Shown here: in pieces, positions 20,221 through 29,912 of the stretch
How the letters are laid out: every line of letters starts with the position of its first letter
Position numbering within the stretch: the first letter of the stretch is position 1
DNA from: Clostridia bacterium
GTDB lineage: Bacteria > Bacillota > Clostridia > TANB77 > CAG-508
DNA length: 64,000 bases
Direction of reading: 5' to 3'
Assembly: GCA_017510825.1 (NCBI GenBank)
Contig: JAFWMA010000010.1
Span: forward strand, 21,647-85,646
Translations under genes and position numbers: made by a program
Notes under the pieces: model-generated
The model's input: only the letters and a program-made list of their open reading frames with translations
Databases searched by the model: none
What the model was told of the DNA's origin: nothing

Positions 20221-20397
20221 TTCAATAAATTTCCAGTGTAAAAAATTAAAAAATGAACATCCTAAATATTGAAAAAGAATTAATTCATAATAATGAATTA
20301 CATTAGGTAAAAATTCTTATAGAGTAATTTGTTAATTAAATTGTTTTATTAGAATAATGCTTAAGCTTTTTCAAAAATATTTTAGGAGGTGTATATC

Positions 20398-20577
20398 ATG
20401 GCAACAAGAAATAATGAACCAGAAGCTTTAAAGAAGTTTAAGTATGAGGTTGCTAACGAAGTAGGAGTTTCTCTAAAAGATGGATATAATGGTGATATTT
20501 CTGCAAGAGATGCTGGAAAAGTTGGTGGAAACATGGTTAAGAAAATGATTAAACAAGCAGAATCTCAATTAAGATAA
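20398..20577 (+). CDS. Small acid-soluble spore protein, alpha/beta type
   Basis: AGGAGGTG RBS; MATRNNEPEALKKFKYEVANEVGV...GDISARDAGKVGGNMVKKMI. Confidence 0.92.
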   Translation: MATRNNEPEALKKFKYEVANEVGVSLKDGYNGDISARDAGKVGGNMVKKMIKQAESQLR

Positions 20578-20619
20578 TTAACCTAAAATAATACAAATGA
20601 TTTAAATAATATGAGTGTT

Positions 20620-20654
20620 AAAACGAGGAATGCTGTGAAGCATCCCTCGTTTTA
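20620..20654. terminator. Bidirectional terminator between convergent genes
   Basis: AAAACGAGGAATGC-TGTGA-AGCATCCCTCGTTTT. Confidence 0.8.
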
Positions 20655-20688
20655 TACATGTAGTTAAACAACGTGCATTTGAACGTAA

Positions 20689-21297
20689 TTATAGATAAGG
20701 TAGTTGTAAGTTTTTTGTAATTTCACTAAGAACAATGTCAAACTTTTCTTGTTTTGTAAGGTTGGTTGTATCCAATTTAAAGAAAGGCTGACTATATTGT
20801 TGCATAAAACTGTTTACAATATTGTTAAAGTGACTCACAAATCTGTAGGTTACAATTCTACCTTCTCCACCTCGTCGTTTGATTGCTTCTTCAGGTGTAG
20901 TAGTAAGATAGACAATTTGATCAGGGTTTGGAACTCCTGAATGTGTAAAAAATGCGTTGCATATTTCAAGGATTTCTCGAGATATAGCTTTTATGCTGTA
21001 ATAGTATTGGTTCCAAACCATTGAATCAACAATTCCTCTATCAATGAGGATAACATCATACTCTGTGCAGAATTTAGCTTCTAATAGTTTAGTCAAGGTG
21101 CGATATTTCATCCAAAAATGTGCTTCAATACTTCCTTTAGGAATAATTTCAGGAACTATTTCAGCAGATTCCCGAATTATCTCTACCGAAAAACTTTTAG
21201 AAAGTTCTTTTTTTAACTGATGTATCACTGATGTTTTTCCTGCTTCTGGTGTACCCAAAAATTCAATCATGTAGGGTGTAGATGGTTGTATATTCAT
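20689..21297 (-). CDS. P-loop kinase-like protein (deoxynucleoside-kinase-like)
   Basis: GTPEAGKTS Walker A, LIDRG, lid IKRRGGEGR. Confidence 0.7.
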   Translation of the reverse strand: MNIQPSTPYMIEFLGTPEAGKTSVIHQLKKELSKSFSVEIIRESAEIVPEIIPKGSIEAHFWMKYRTLTKLLEAKFCTEYDVILIDRGIVDSMVWNQYYYSIKAISREILEICNAFFTHSGVPNPDQIVYLTTTPEEAIKRRGGEGRIVTYRFVSHFNNIVNSFMQQYSQPFFKLDTTNLTKQEKFDIVLSEITKNLQLPYL

Positions 21298-21449
21298 ACA
21301 AATCCCTCATTTCATAATAGAAGGTTAGCTGTTGTGCATATAGTATCATTTTATGGCGCAAAAGTAAATACTTTTATTGAAATTTATTAATGTTTGATAT
21401 ATAATTGTTGATGATAAAAAGATAAAAAATTGAATTGGAGGATGTAGAA

Positions 21450-22007
21450 ATGTATAGAGGGAAAGATAAAATTGAATATGCAATTTATTATGCTACAAAA
21501 GCTCATAAAGGGCAAACTCGAAAGGTTGAGGATGTTGATATGATATTCCATCCGTTTACTGTAGGTATGATATTGAAAAGAAATGGGTGTGATGATGATG
21601 TAGTAACTGCAGGTATTTTGCATGATGTTGTAGAAGATACTCCTCATGAGTTTGATGATATAGAAAAAGAATTTGGAAAAACGGTAAGAGATTATGTTTA
21701 TGATGCATCAGAACCAGATAAATCTTTAGATTGGGAAGAACGAAAAAAACATACAATCGAACATATAAAAAATGCACCACTAGGATCAAAGTTAATAGTT
21801 GCTTGTGATAAAATAAGTAATTTAGAAGATTTATCAGATTGTATTGAATTGTATGGTGAAGAGAAGTCTATAGGTTCATTAAAAAGAGGAAAAGATAAAC
21901 AAAAATGGTATTATACAAGTGTTTATGAGAGTTGTATTTATGGTCAAGATGAAAATCATCCTATTTTTAAGAGATATAAACAAGTATTGGAGAAACTATT
22001 TAACTAA
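21450..22007 (+). CDS. Stand-alone RelA/SpoT-type HD hydrolase (small alarmone hydrolase-like)
   Basis: HKGQTRK...FHPFTVGMIL...GILHDVVEDT matches the SpoT/Mesh1 HD hydrolase core; start at ATG 21450 after GGAGGA. Confidence 0.8.
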   Translation: MYRGKDKIEYAIYYATKAHKGQTRKVEDVDMIFHPFTVGMILKRNGCDDDVVTAGILHDVVEDTPHEFDDIEKEFGKTVRDYVYDASEPDKSLDWEERKKHTIEHIKNAPLGSKLIVACDKISNLEDLSDCIELYGEEKSIGSLKRGKDKQKWYYTSVYESCIYGQDENHPIFKRYKQVLEKLFN

Positions 22008-22085
22008 TAAATAGATAAAGTAGTGGAAATGGAGTTTTTGAACAAAAAAAATATCAAAAGCTCCCTCCCCTCTACTTTGTTTATT

Positions 22086-22631
22086 TTATATTTCTAACTG
22101 ACATCCTAAAAAATTACTAGCAACTTTTGCTATTTCAATTTCTGCATTGCTTATTTTTCGATTTTGTTCTTTTGAAATTAAAATAACACTTCCAATAACT
22201 TCGCTATCTGATATTATAGGTGTTATTATTTTATGTTTTTCATTAATTGGTCCGTCTTTAATAATTGAAATTTTTTTAGTTCCTTCATCGATTGCCGTTT
22301 TTCTACTATCAATTATTTTTTCAAGTTCTTCACTTATTGGAACTTCAAGTAAGTCTTTTTTTGATGTTCCGGATACTGCAACAACGGAATCTTTGTCAGT
22401 AACTATTGAAATTAAGTTTGTTGTATTATATAGACTGTTAACGTATTGTTCAGAAAAATTTGTTAATTCACCTATTGGTGAATATTTTTTTAAAATAATG
22501 TTTCCTTCCTTTTCTGTAAAGATTTCTAAAGGAGTTCCTTCTTTTATCCTTAAAGTTTTTCGTATTTCTTTTGGTATAACTATTCTACCTAAATCATCTA
22601 TTCTTCTAACTACTCCAGTTGCTTTCATCAT
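22086..22631 (-). CDS. spoVT: Stage V sporulation protein T (AbrB-type N-domain + GAF-like C-domain)
   Basis: MKATGVVRRIDDLGRIVIPKEIRKTLRIKEGTPLEIF, ~180 aa as in SpoVT. Confidence 0.88.
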   Translation of the reverse strand: MMKATGVVRRIDDLGRIVIPKEIRKTLRIKEGTPLEIFTEKEGNIILKKYSPIGELTNFSEQYVNSLYNTTNLISIVTDKDSVVAVSGTSKKDLLEVPISEELEKIIDSRKTAIDEGTKKISIIKDGPINEKHKIITPIISDSEVIGSVILISKEQNRKISNAEIEIAKVASNFLGCQLEI

Positions 22632-22784
22632 ATATAAATCCTTTCTAAAATATTTTTAAATTATATAAATATTATTACTAAAATTAGAAAAAATATACAT
22701 AAATTGAAATGAATAGGTATTTTTTTAGGGAAAAATGTGATATAATGACGTAAGATTAATTTGACTTGAAAGGATTATTTTTTT

Positions 22785-24365
22785 ATGAATAAGTTTTATG
22801 TTACAACACCAATTTATTACCCAAGTGGAAAGTTTCATATTGGAACCGCTTATACTGAAGTTTTAGCAGATATGGTTAAGAGATATCATGTTTTAAAGGG
22901 AGAAGAATCGTTTTTGCTTACAGGAACAGATGAACATGGACAAAAAATAGAGAATAAGGCTAGAGAGGCTGGAATGGAACCAAAGGAGTATGTAGATATT
23001 CAAGCTGAAAAAGCAATAGAACTTTGGAAAAAAATGAAAATTGATTATGATAAATATATTAGAACAACGGATGATTTTCATATAGAGGCAGTTCAAAAAA
23101 TATTTGAAAAATTCTTGAAACAAGGTGATATTTATAAGGGAGAATATGAAGGCTGGTATTGTGAACCTTGTGAAAGTTATTTTACAGAAACTCAATTAGT
23201 AGATGGTAATTGCCCTGATTGTGGTAGAACTGTATATAAGATGAAAGAAGAAGCATATTTCTTTAAAATGAGTAAATATGTTGGTAGATTAGTTAAATAT
23301 TATGATGAAAATCCTGATTTAATAAAACCATCATACAGAAAGCAGGAGATGATTAATAATTTTATTAAGCCAGGCTTAGAGGATTTATGTGTTACTAGGA
23401 CTTCTTTTGATTGGGGGATTCAAGTTAAAAGTGATCCTAAACATGTTATTTATGTATGGCTTGATGCATTGACAAATTATATAACTGCATTAGGCTATGA
23501 ATCAGAAGATGATAGTTTGTTTAAAAAGTTTTGGCCTGCCGATGCTCAAATTGTTGGAAAGGACATTGCAAGATTTCATTTGATATATTGGCCAATATTT
23601 TTGATGGCTTTAGATTTACCACTTCCTAAAACTATTTTTGTTCATAATTGGGTTACTATGAAAGATGGAAAAATGTCTAAATCAGTGGGAAATGTAATTT
23701 ATCCAGAGCAATTAATTGACAGATATGGACTAGATGCTACTAAATATTATTTAATTAGGGAAGTACCCACATCTTCAGATGGATTATTTACTCCTGAGGG
23801 ATTTGTTGAAAGATTTAATTCAGATTTATGTAATGATTTAGGAAACTTATTAAATAGAAGTATCGCAATGTGTAACAAATATTTTGATGGAAAACTTGAT
23901 GGATATAATGGATTAAAAAATGATGTAGATTTATCATTGGAAGAAATGGTTAAAACTACAATTGAAAATTTTGACTTAGCTTTTAGTAATTTTGAATTTG
24001 CTAATTCACTGAAAATTATTTGGAAATTAGTTTCAAGAACTAATAAATATATTGATGAAACTGAACCATGGAAACTTGCAAAAGATATGGAATCAGAAGA
24101 TAATCAAGAAAAGCTAAAATCAGTGATATATCATTTGATTGCAACATTAAAACAAATTGCTATTTTAATAAGACCCTTGATGGAAGAAACTTCTGATAAT
24201 ATGCTTAGACAATTAGGTTTGTTAAGTGAAGATATAGTGTGGAATCAATTGCAAAATTATAAAGAATTAAAAGATATAAGAGTAATTGAAAAAGGAGAAC
24301 CATTATTTCAAAGAGTTGATGCTAATGAAGAGATTGAGTATATTAAAAGTTTAATGAAAAAATAA
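22785..24365 (+). CDS. metG: Methionyl-tRNA synthetase (short form)
   Basis: PSGKFHIGTAY (HIGH), KMSKS, Zn knuckle CEPC...CPDCG. Confidence 0.96.
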   Translation: MNKFYVTTPIYYPSGKFHIGTAYTEVLADMVKRYHVLKGEESFLLTGTDEHGQKIENKAREAGMEPKEYVDIQAEKAIELWKKMKIDYDKYIRTTDDFHIEAVQKIFEKFLKQGDIYKGEYEGWYCEPCESYFTETQLVDGNCPDCGRTVYKMKEEAYFFKMSKYVGRLVKYYDENPDLIKPSYRKQEMINNFIKPGLEDLCVTRTSFDWGIQVKSDPKHVIYVWLDALTNYITALGYESEDDSLFKKFWPADAQIVGKDIARFHLIYWPIFLMALDLPLPKTIFVHNWVTMKDGKMSKSVGNVIYPEQLIDRYGLDATKYYLIREVPTSSDGLFTPEGFVERFNSDLCNDLGNLLNRSIAMCNKYFDGKLDGYNGLKNDVDLSLEEMVKTTIENFDLAFSNFEFANSLKIIWKLVSRTNKYIDETEPWKLAKDMESEDNQEKLKSVIYHLIATLKQIAILIRPLMEETSDNMLRQLGLLSEDIVWNQLQNYKELKDIRVIEKGEPLFQRVDANEEIEYIKSLMKK

Positions 24366-24447
24366 TGGATTATAATTATATTATAGATAGAGGTAATTAA
24401 TTAATGCTAAGAAATATTAAATAATTTATTTAATAAAATAGTATAAT

Positions 24448-24480
24448 AAAAAACAGGTCTTGGGTAAAGACCTGTTTTTA
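24448..24480. terminator. Bidirectional terminator (metG / glmS)
   Basis: AAAAAACAGGTCTT-GGGTA-AAGACCTGTTTTT. Confidence 0.85.
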
Positions 24481-24503
24481 TCAATTATTAATAGTTCATA
24501 TAA

Positions 24504-26342
24504 TTATTCTACGGTTACTGATTTAGCTAAATTACGTGGCTTGTCAACATCAAGTTTTTTACATTTTGCAATGTGGTATGCTAGTAATTGTAAAGGAATT
24601 ACAGATAATACAGGTGAAATTAGAGAAGAGCAATCAGGTATTTTAACAATTGATTCTTCATTAATATTGCTTGAATTTATGTCAATATCTTGATTTGATA
24701 TAAGAATTATATTAGCTCCTCTTGTTACAACTTCATCTAGATTACTCAATGTTTTACTGCTTATTGAAGGATTTGTTATTATTCCAATTACTGAAACACC
24801 ATCTTCAATTAGTGCAATAGGTCCATGTTTAAGTTCACCAGCAGCATAGGCTTCTGAATGAATATAAGTTATTTCTTTAACTTTTAAAGAACCTTCCATA
24901 GCAACTGCATAATCATTTATTCTACCAATAAAGAACATATTTTTATCTTGATAAATTTGATTAGCTATGTTTTTTACTTTATCACAATTATCTAGTATAT
25001 ATTTTATTTTGTCAGGTAATTGATTAAGATCATTTTTTAATTTTTCAAAATCAGCTGTATTTGATAGTCCAAGCTTTTCAGATATGAATAAAGCTAGTAT
25101 TGTAAGTAATGTTACTTGACAAGTGTAAGCTTTAGTTGATGCAACTGCTATTTCAGGTCCTGCATGTGTATATAAAACAAAATCTGATATTCTTGTAATG
25201 GAACTTCCTATTACATTTACAATTGAAAGTGTAGTTGAGCCAGATTTTTTTGCTAGTTTTAGAGCAGCTATTGTATCAGCTGTTTCTCCTGATTGGCTAA
25301 TAAATATACATAGAGTTTTTTCATTAATTAAGGGATTTCTATATCTAAATTCTGAAGCCATATCAACTTCACAAGGAATTTGAGTAAATTTTTCAAAAAT
25401 ATATTTTGTTGCAATCCCAGCGTGCATTGCAGTTCCGCATGCGACTATATATATTTTATTATATTTATTTACATCTAAGCTGTTTAATGGTAAATTAATG
25501 TTTCCTTCTTTATTAAATGAAGTTCCAATTGTTTCACGAATAGCAGTTGGCTGTTCATAAATTTCTTTAAGCATATAATCATCATATCCATTTTTTTCAC
25601 TTGCTATAGCATCCCATTCAATGTTTTTTATTTCTTTTTCAATTATGTTTAAATCATAATTATAAAAAGTAATGGAGTCTTTTTTTACTTCTGCAATTTC
25701 ATAATCTTCCATAAAATAAAAATCTTTTGTATATGAAAGTATTGCAGGAATGTCAGATGCTATGTAGTTTTCGTTTTTACCAACGCCTATTACTACTGGG
25801 CTATCTTTTTTTACTACTATTATTTCATCTTTAAGTAAAGGTGAAGTGATTTCGAGTGCATAGCTACCTTCAAGTTTTTTTAAGGCTTCAGTAACAGCAA
25901 ATAATACTCCTTTTTTGGTGTTTTTATTGTAAAAGTAGTGGATTAAGTTAGGTATTAGTTCAGTATCAGTTTCAGAATGAAGTGCATATCCCTTTTTTTC
26001 AATGAATGATTTTAGCTCATCATAGTTTTCTATTATACCATTATGAACAACAGTAAATGTATTGTTGTTATCAGTATGAGGATGAGAGTTAATTTTAGAG
26101 GGCATACCTCTTGTTGCCCATCTTGTATGAGCAATGCCAATTGAACCTGTTAGAGATTCGAGTTCTGAGTTATCTTGTAATTTCTTTACTCTTCCCATAT
26201 CCTTAACTATTTTTAGAGAATTGTCATTGTTTAAAACAGCAAGCCCTGCTGAATCATATCCTCTGTACTCAAGTGAAAGCAATCCATTAATAAGCACTGG
26301 TACAGCTTTCTTTGTACCAATGTATCCAACGATTCCACACAT
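24504..26342 (-). CDS. glmS: Glutamine--fructose-6-phosphate aminotransferase
   Basis: True start MCGIVGYIG (ATG 26342) behind GGAGG; C-terminal ...AKSVTVE; 612 aa. Confidence 0.97.
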   Translation of the reverse strand: MCGIVGYIGTKKAVPVLINGLLSLEYRGYDSAGLAVLNNDNSLKIVKDMGRVKKLQDNSELESLTGSIGIAHTRWATRGMPSKINSHPHTDNNNTFTVVHNGIIENYDELKSFIEKKGYALHSETDTELIPNLIHYFYNKNTKKGVLFAVTEALKKLEGSYALEITSPLLKDEIIVVKKDSPVVIGVGKNENYIASDIPAILSYTKDFYFMEDYEIAEVKKDSITFYNYDLNIIEKEIKNIEWDAIASEKNGYDDYMLKEIYEQPTAIRETIGTSFNKEGNINLPLNSLDVNKYNKIYIVACGTAMHAGIATKYIFEKFTQIPCEVDMASEFRYRNPLINEKTLCIFISQSGETADTIAALKLAKKSGSTTLSIVNVIGSSITRISDFVLYTHAGPEIAVASTKAYTCQVTLLTILALFISEKLGLSNTADFEKLKNDLNQLPDKIKYILDNCDKVKNIANQIYQDKNMFFIGRINDYAVAMEGSLKVKEITYIHSEAYAAGELKHGPIALIEDGVSVIGIITNPSISSKTLSNLDEVVTRGANIILISNQDIDINSSNINEESIVKIPDCSSLISPVLSVIPLQLLAYHIAKCKKLDVDKPRNLAKSVTVE

Positions 26343-26389
26343 GTGAAAACCTCCTTTATATAGGTTCACAGCTAGGTGATGTTGAATTT

Positions 26390-26739
26390 GTTACAAACTA
26401 TTTTCAATTTGAGAAATAATTTTTTTATTGTAGTTTGCTTTTTGCCAACATCTCTTGACAGTAGCATGCCATAGAATCATCCGCCGAATATTTCGATAAA
26501 TTCTATCCTCGTCAGCTGAGAAAATTAGGTCACTGGGGACGGAGCACTTGGCCCACTTTTGGGTCATTAGGGACGGAGCATTTTAGTTAAAATTAGAACA
26601 ATAAAGCAATAAGTAGATTTGTTTTATTATATTTATTGACTTGTTGGGACAGATTTAATTAAAAAGCTCTGTCCCTAATGACCCAAAAGTGGGCCAAATG
26701 CTCCGTCCCCAGTGACCTAATTTTCTCAGCTCTGGCGCT
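26390..26739 (-). ncRNA. glmS ribozyme (cis-regulatory) with greatly enlarged P1
   Basis: Minus strand A|GCGCCAGAGCU...AGCUGACGAGGAUAGAAUUUAUCGAAAUAUUCGGCGGAUGAUUC plus a downstream P4-like hairpin GCAAACUAC...AUAGUUUGU; located in the glmS 5' UTR. Confidence 0.85.
26514..26731. repeat. Inverted doublet of GGGACGGAGC-type repeat units (66-bp arms, 86-nt loop)
   Basis: 26514-26579 vs reverse complement of 26666-26731 differ at 2 of 66 positions. Confidence 0.92.
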
Positions 26740-26765
26740 TGATATTATTTTGTGACCTAACATAT

Positions 26766-26794
26766 TTTATACACTATAATTAAAAAAAGTGCAA
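26766..26794 (-). promoter_or_regulatory. glmS promoter
   Basis: Minus strand TTGCAC-17 bp-TATAAA, placing the start ~20 nt upstream of the ribozyme cleavage site. Confidence 0.6.
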
Positions 26795-26902
26795 GTGTTT
26801 TGTGTGAAAGTATTTATTCCTGATTGTACAAATAATGTTCAAATATATTGATTATGTAGTATTTTTATGGTAAAATAAATGAAGAAATCATGGAGGTATT
26901 TT

Positions 26903-27388
26903 ATGGGAGAATCAAAGAATTTAATAATTGGAGTAATAGTTGTTGTAATAGCTGTGGCTTTAATTGGAGTGGGAGTTTATTTTTCGTTTTCTAATTCTGA
27001 TGATAAGTTGACTAAAAAAGATAATGAAAGTGTATCAATTTTTTCAGATAAAGAAGAAACAGTAAAAAAAGAATTAGAAAAGTATATTAAAAATGCAAAT
27101 GAAAGTTCTATAGAAGAAGTAAATTTTGATGAAGTAAAGATTTATACAAAAGAGGAAATTGAAAATAATGAGTTACTTAAAGATTATGATTTGAAACCAG
27201 AAGATATTGTTTTTGAAGTTAATTATAGTTTAAAACTTTTAGATGGATATAATGGAGATATAATGCAATTTACAGCAGGAACTGGTGAGATAGATGGCCA
27301 ATGGGTAAAAAATAAATATAATTGCGGAATTGTTAGATATAATGCTGATAATGATTATACTATAACAGATTTTGGAACTGGTTTCTAA
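26903..27388 (+). CDS. Membrane-anchored hypothetical protein
   Basis: Start ATG 26903 after GGAGG; N-terminal TM LIIGVIVVVIAVALIGVGVYF. Confidence 0.7.
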   Translation: MGESKNLIIGVIVVVIAVALIGVGVYFSFSNSDDKLTKKDNESVSIFSDKEETVKKELEKYIKNANESSIEEVNFDEVKIYTKEEIENNELLKDYDLKPEDIVFEVNYSLKLLDGYNGDIMQFTAGTGEIDGQWVKNKYNCGIVRYNADNDYTITDFGTGF

Positions 27389-27521
27389 AGATTAAGAAAC
27401 ACAATTAATTGTTAATTTGCTTAAAGATTAATTAAGTAGATAAGAACTAAATATTCTATTATTGTTTTAGGCTTATATTAAATGGAATGTTGTTAAAGTT
27501 ATTTAAAGGTAAGGAGAAAAA

Positions 27522-27824
27522 ATGATTGAAGTAAATAGTGAAAATTTTGAAAATGAAGTTATGAAAGAGGACAAGCCTGTTGTTGTTGATTTTTTTGCAA
27601 CATGGTGTGGACCATGTAAGGCACAAAGTCCAATTTTAGAAGAAATGGACAAGGAGAATGATAATATTAAATTTGTAAAAGTTGATGTTGATAAAAATGC
27701 AGAATTAGCAGATAAATATGATATAATGAGCATACCAACAATAATTGCTTTTAAAGATGGAAATGTAGTTAAACAATTTGTTGGGTTAACACAAAAGGAG
27801 CAAATTTTAGAGGTGTTAAAATAG
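27522..27824 (+). CDS. trxA: Thioredoxin
   Basis: WCGPCK active site, 100 aa. Confidence 0.95.
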   Translation: MIEVNSENFENEVMKEDKPVVVDFFATWCGPCKAQSPILEEMDKENDNIKFVKVDVDKNAELADKYDIMSIPTIIAFKDGNVVKQFVGLTQKEQILEVLK

Positions 27825-27894
27825 ATTAATTTAAATGATGTTGTTTCATTCCTGCTAACTTGAGCGGCTGTGAATTGTAACAAACCAACAAACA

Positions 27895-27929
27895 AAAGCA
27901 AGAATTTTTTAAAATTTCTTGCTTTTTTT
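27895..27929 (+). terminator. Terminator after trxA
   Basis: AAGCAAGAA-loop-TTCTTGCTT + TTTTTT. Confidence 0.75.
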
Positions 27930-27989
27930 ATGGGGGTATAGTAAAATATATTGTGTAATGGAATAAAGATTTATTAGTTGAGGCAATAA

Positions 27990-29015
27990 ATGAAAAATAT
28001 AAAAGACTATGATTTAGATGCTTTAAAAGAAGAAATGAAACAACTTGAAGAAAAGCCTTTTAGAGCAGAACAAATTTTTAAATGGTTATATGTGGACAAA
28101 GTAAAATCATTTAACGAAATGACTAACTTGTCTTTAGAACTAAGGGAAAAACTTAAAGAAAACTATGACATTTGTAATTTTACAATAGAAAGAAAGCTAG
28201 AATCTAAAGATGGAACAAAAAAATATTTATTTGGTCTAAATGATGGAAATGCAATAGAAACTGTACTTATGGAATATCATCATGGAAAATCTGTATGTGT
28301 ATCAACACAAATAGGATGTAAAATGGGATGTAAGTTTTGCGCTTCAACAGGTATTCCATTTGTAAGAAATATAACATCAGGAGAAATAGTTGAACAAATT
28401 ATTGCAATAGAACAAGATAATAATTGCAAAGTTTCAAATGTTGTATTTATGGGAATTGGCGAACCAATGGACAATTTTGAAAATGTAATTAATGCAATTG
28501 CAATTTTGAATAATCATAAAGGAATGAATATTGGAGCTAGGCATATAAGTGTATCAACAAGTGGAATAGTTCCCAAAATATATGAATTTGCAGATAAAAA
28601 TATTCAATGTACGCTTTCAATATCACTTCATAGTGCAAATGATAGAATTCGCTCAAGTATGATGCCAATAAACAAATTGTATAATATAGGTGAGTTAATG
28701 AAAGCTTGTAAATATTATATTAATAAAACTAATAGAAGAATTTCTTTTGAATATGCGTTAGCAAAGGATAATAATGATAATTTGAAAGATGCAAAGGAAT
28801 TAGTTGATTTGCTAAAAGGAATGTTGTGTCATGTTAACCTAATTCCAATTAATAAAGTTGAAAATGGAAATTACAAAAAAAGTTCATTATATAATATTAT
28901 GAAGTTTAGAGATTATCTGAATAATAATGGTATTGTAGCAACAATTAGAAGAGAACTAGGTTCAGATATAGATGCTGCTTGTGGACAGTTACGAAGGAAG
29001 AATTTAAAAGAGTAA
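27990..29015 (+). CDS. rlmN: 23S rRNA/tRNA A2503 C2-methyltransferase (radical SAM)
   Basis: CKMGCKFC radical-SAM cluster, GIGEPMDN, C-terminal DIDAACGQL. Confidence 0.93.
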   Translation: MKNIKDYDLDALKEEMKQLEEKPFRAEQIFKWLYVDKVKSFNEMTNLSLELREKLKENYDICNFTIERKLESKDGTKKYLFGLNDGNAIETVLMEYHHGKSVCVSTQIGCKMGCKFCASTGIPFVRNITSGEIVEQIIAIEQDNNCKVSNVVFMGIGEPMDNFENVINAIAILNNHKGMNIGARHISVSTSGIVPKIYEFADKNIQCTLSISLHSANDRIRSSMMPINKLYNIGELMKACKYYINKTNRRISFEYALAKDNNDNLKDAKELVDLLKGMLCHVNLIPINKVENGNYKKSSLYNIMKFRDYLNNNGIVATIRRELGSDIDAACGQLRRKNLKE

Positions 29016-29121
29016 AAGAAATGGTAGTTTATGAAGAAATAAATTCTAGTGATACAAAATATAATCCACTAAAGAAAAATGTATTTTTGTATGAGATAAA
29101 AATTAAAAAAGGAGAATTTTA

Positions 29122-29856
29122 ATGACATTAGCTTTTGCGACCTCAGATGTGGGAAAAGCCCGAGAAATAAATGAAGATTACTTTTTTATTAGCTTTCCAG
29201 ATGATCCAGTTCAAATATATATAGTAGCAGATGGAATGGGTGGATATAATGGTGGAGAAGTTGCTAGCAGACTAGCTGTTGATACTGCCAAAAAATATAT
29301 TTTAAGTAATTATGAAAAGGTTAATAAAAATAGAGAATCTTTAATTGAATTAGTTAAGAATAGTACTCAATATGCTAATATGGTTGTGTATGAAAAGGCT
29401 CAATCTAGAAAAGAGCTAAATAAAATGGGAACAACTTTGGATGTTTGCTTGATTCATCAAAATAGAGCTTTTATTTCACATATTGGGGATAGTAGAATTT
29501 ATAGATTAAGAAAAGAGTTTTTTAGAAGATTAACTAAAGATCATTCTTATGTACAACAGTTAGTTGATGAAGGAAAAATTTCTAAACAAGAAAGCTTAAA
29601 TCATCCAGATAAAAATATGTTGATGAAAGCATTAGGGGTATCATCTTTTATTGAACCAGATGCAATGGTAAAAGGATTTCTAAAAGGTGATGTAATATTA
29701 ATGTGTTCAGATGGATTATCAAATATGGTATCTGAAAAAGATATTGTGAGAATTATTAAAGAAAATCCAACAGATGCTACAAAAATGCTTGTTCAAACAG
29801 CAAATGATAATGGAGGAAGAGACAATATAACTGCAGTGTTGCTAAGAAGTCAGTAA
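29122..29856 (+). CDS. stp: PP2C-family Ser/Thr phosphatase
   Basis: ADGMGG, DSRIY, SDGL, DNITAV motifs; precedes prkC. Confidence 0.92.
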   Translation: MTLAFATSDVGKAREINEDYFFISFPDDPVQIYIVADGMGGYNGGEVASRLAVDTAKKYILSNYEKVNKNRESLIELVKNSTQYANMVVYEKAQSRKELNKMGTTLDVCLIHQNRAFISHIGDSRIYRLRKEFFRRLTKDHSYVQQLVDEGKISKQESLNHPDKNMLMKALGVSSFIEPDAMVKGFLKGDVILMCSDGLSNMVSEKDIVRIIKENPTDATKMLVQTANDNGGRDNITAVLLRSQ

Positions 29857-29912
29857 TTTTGCAATTTGGGACGACCTTTTTCAGCAAAAAAATTGCAATT
29901 TAGGACACTCCT
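29857..29912 (-). repeat. Two REP-like units (reverse orientation) immediately after the stp stop
   Basis: TTTTGCAATTTGGGACGACCTTTTT and TTGCAATTTAGGACACTCC; a further palindrome TGCAAAAAAACTGCATTTTTTTGCA lies at ~29955-29985. Confidence 0.85.

Noticed and set aside
20019-20272. Four overlapping ORFs (60-72 aa) on both strands across the repeat array
   Set aside because: Their products are just periodic translations of the repeat (for example FAKKGRPKLQ reiterated), they overlap each other in several frames, and they lack RBSs. They are artefacts of a stop-free repeat.
22147-22659. 170-aa ORF on the + strand
   Set aside because: It lies entirely antisense to the well-supported spoVT gene, its product is hydrophobic low-complexity sequence typical of AT-rich antisense frames, and it has no RBS.
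27503-27901. 132-aa ORF on the - strand
   Set aside because: It is antisense to trxA, whose WCGPC motif and RBS are unambiguous.
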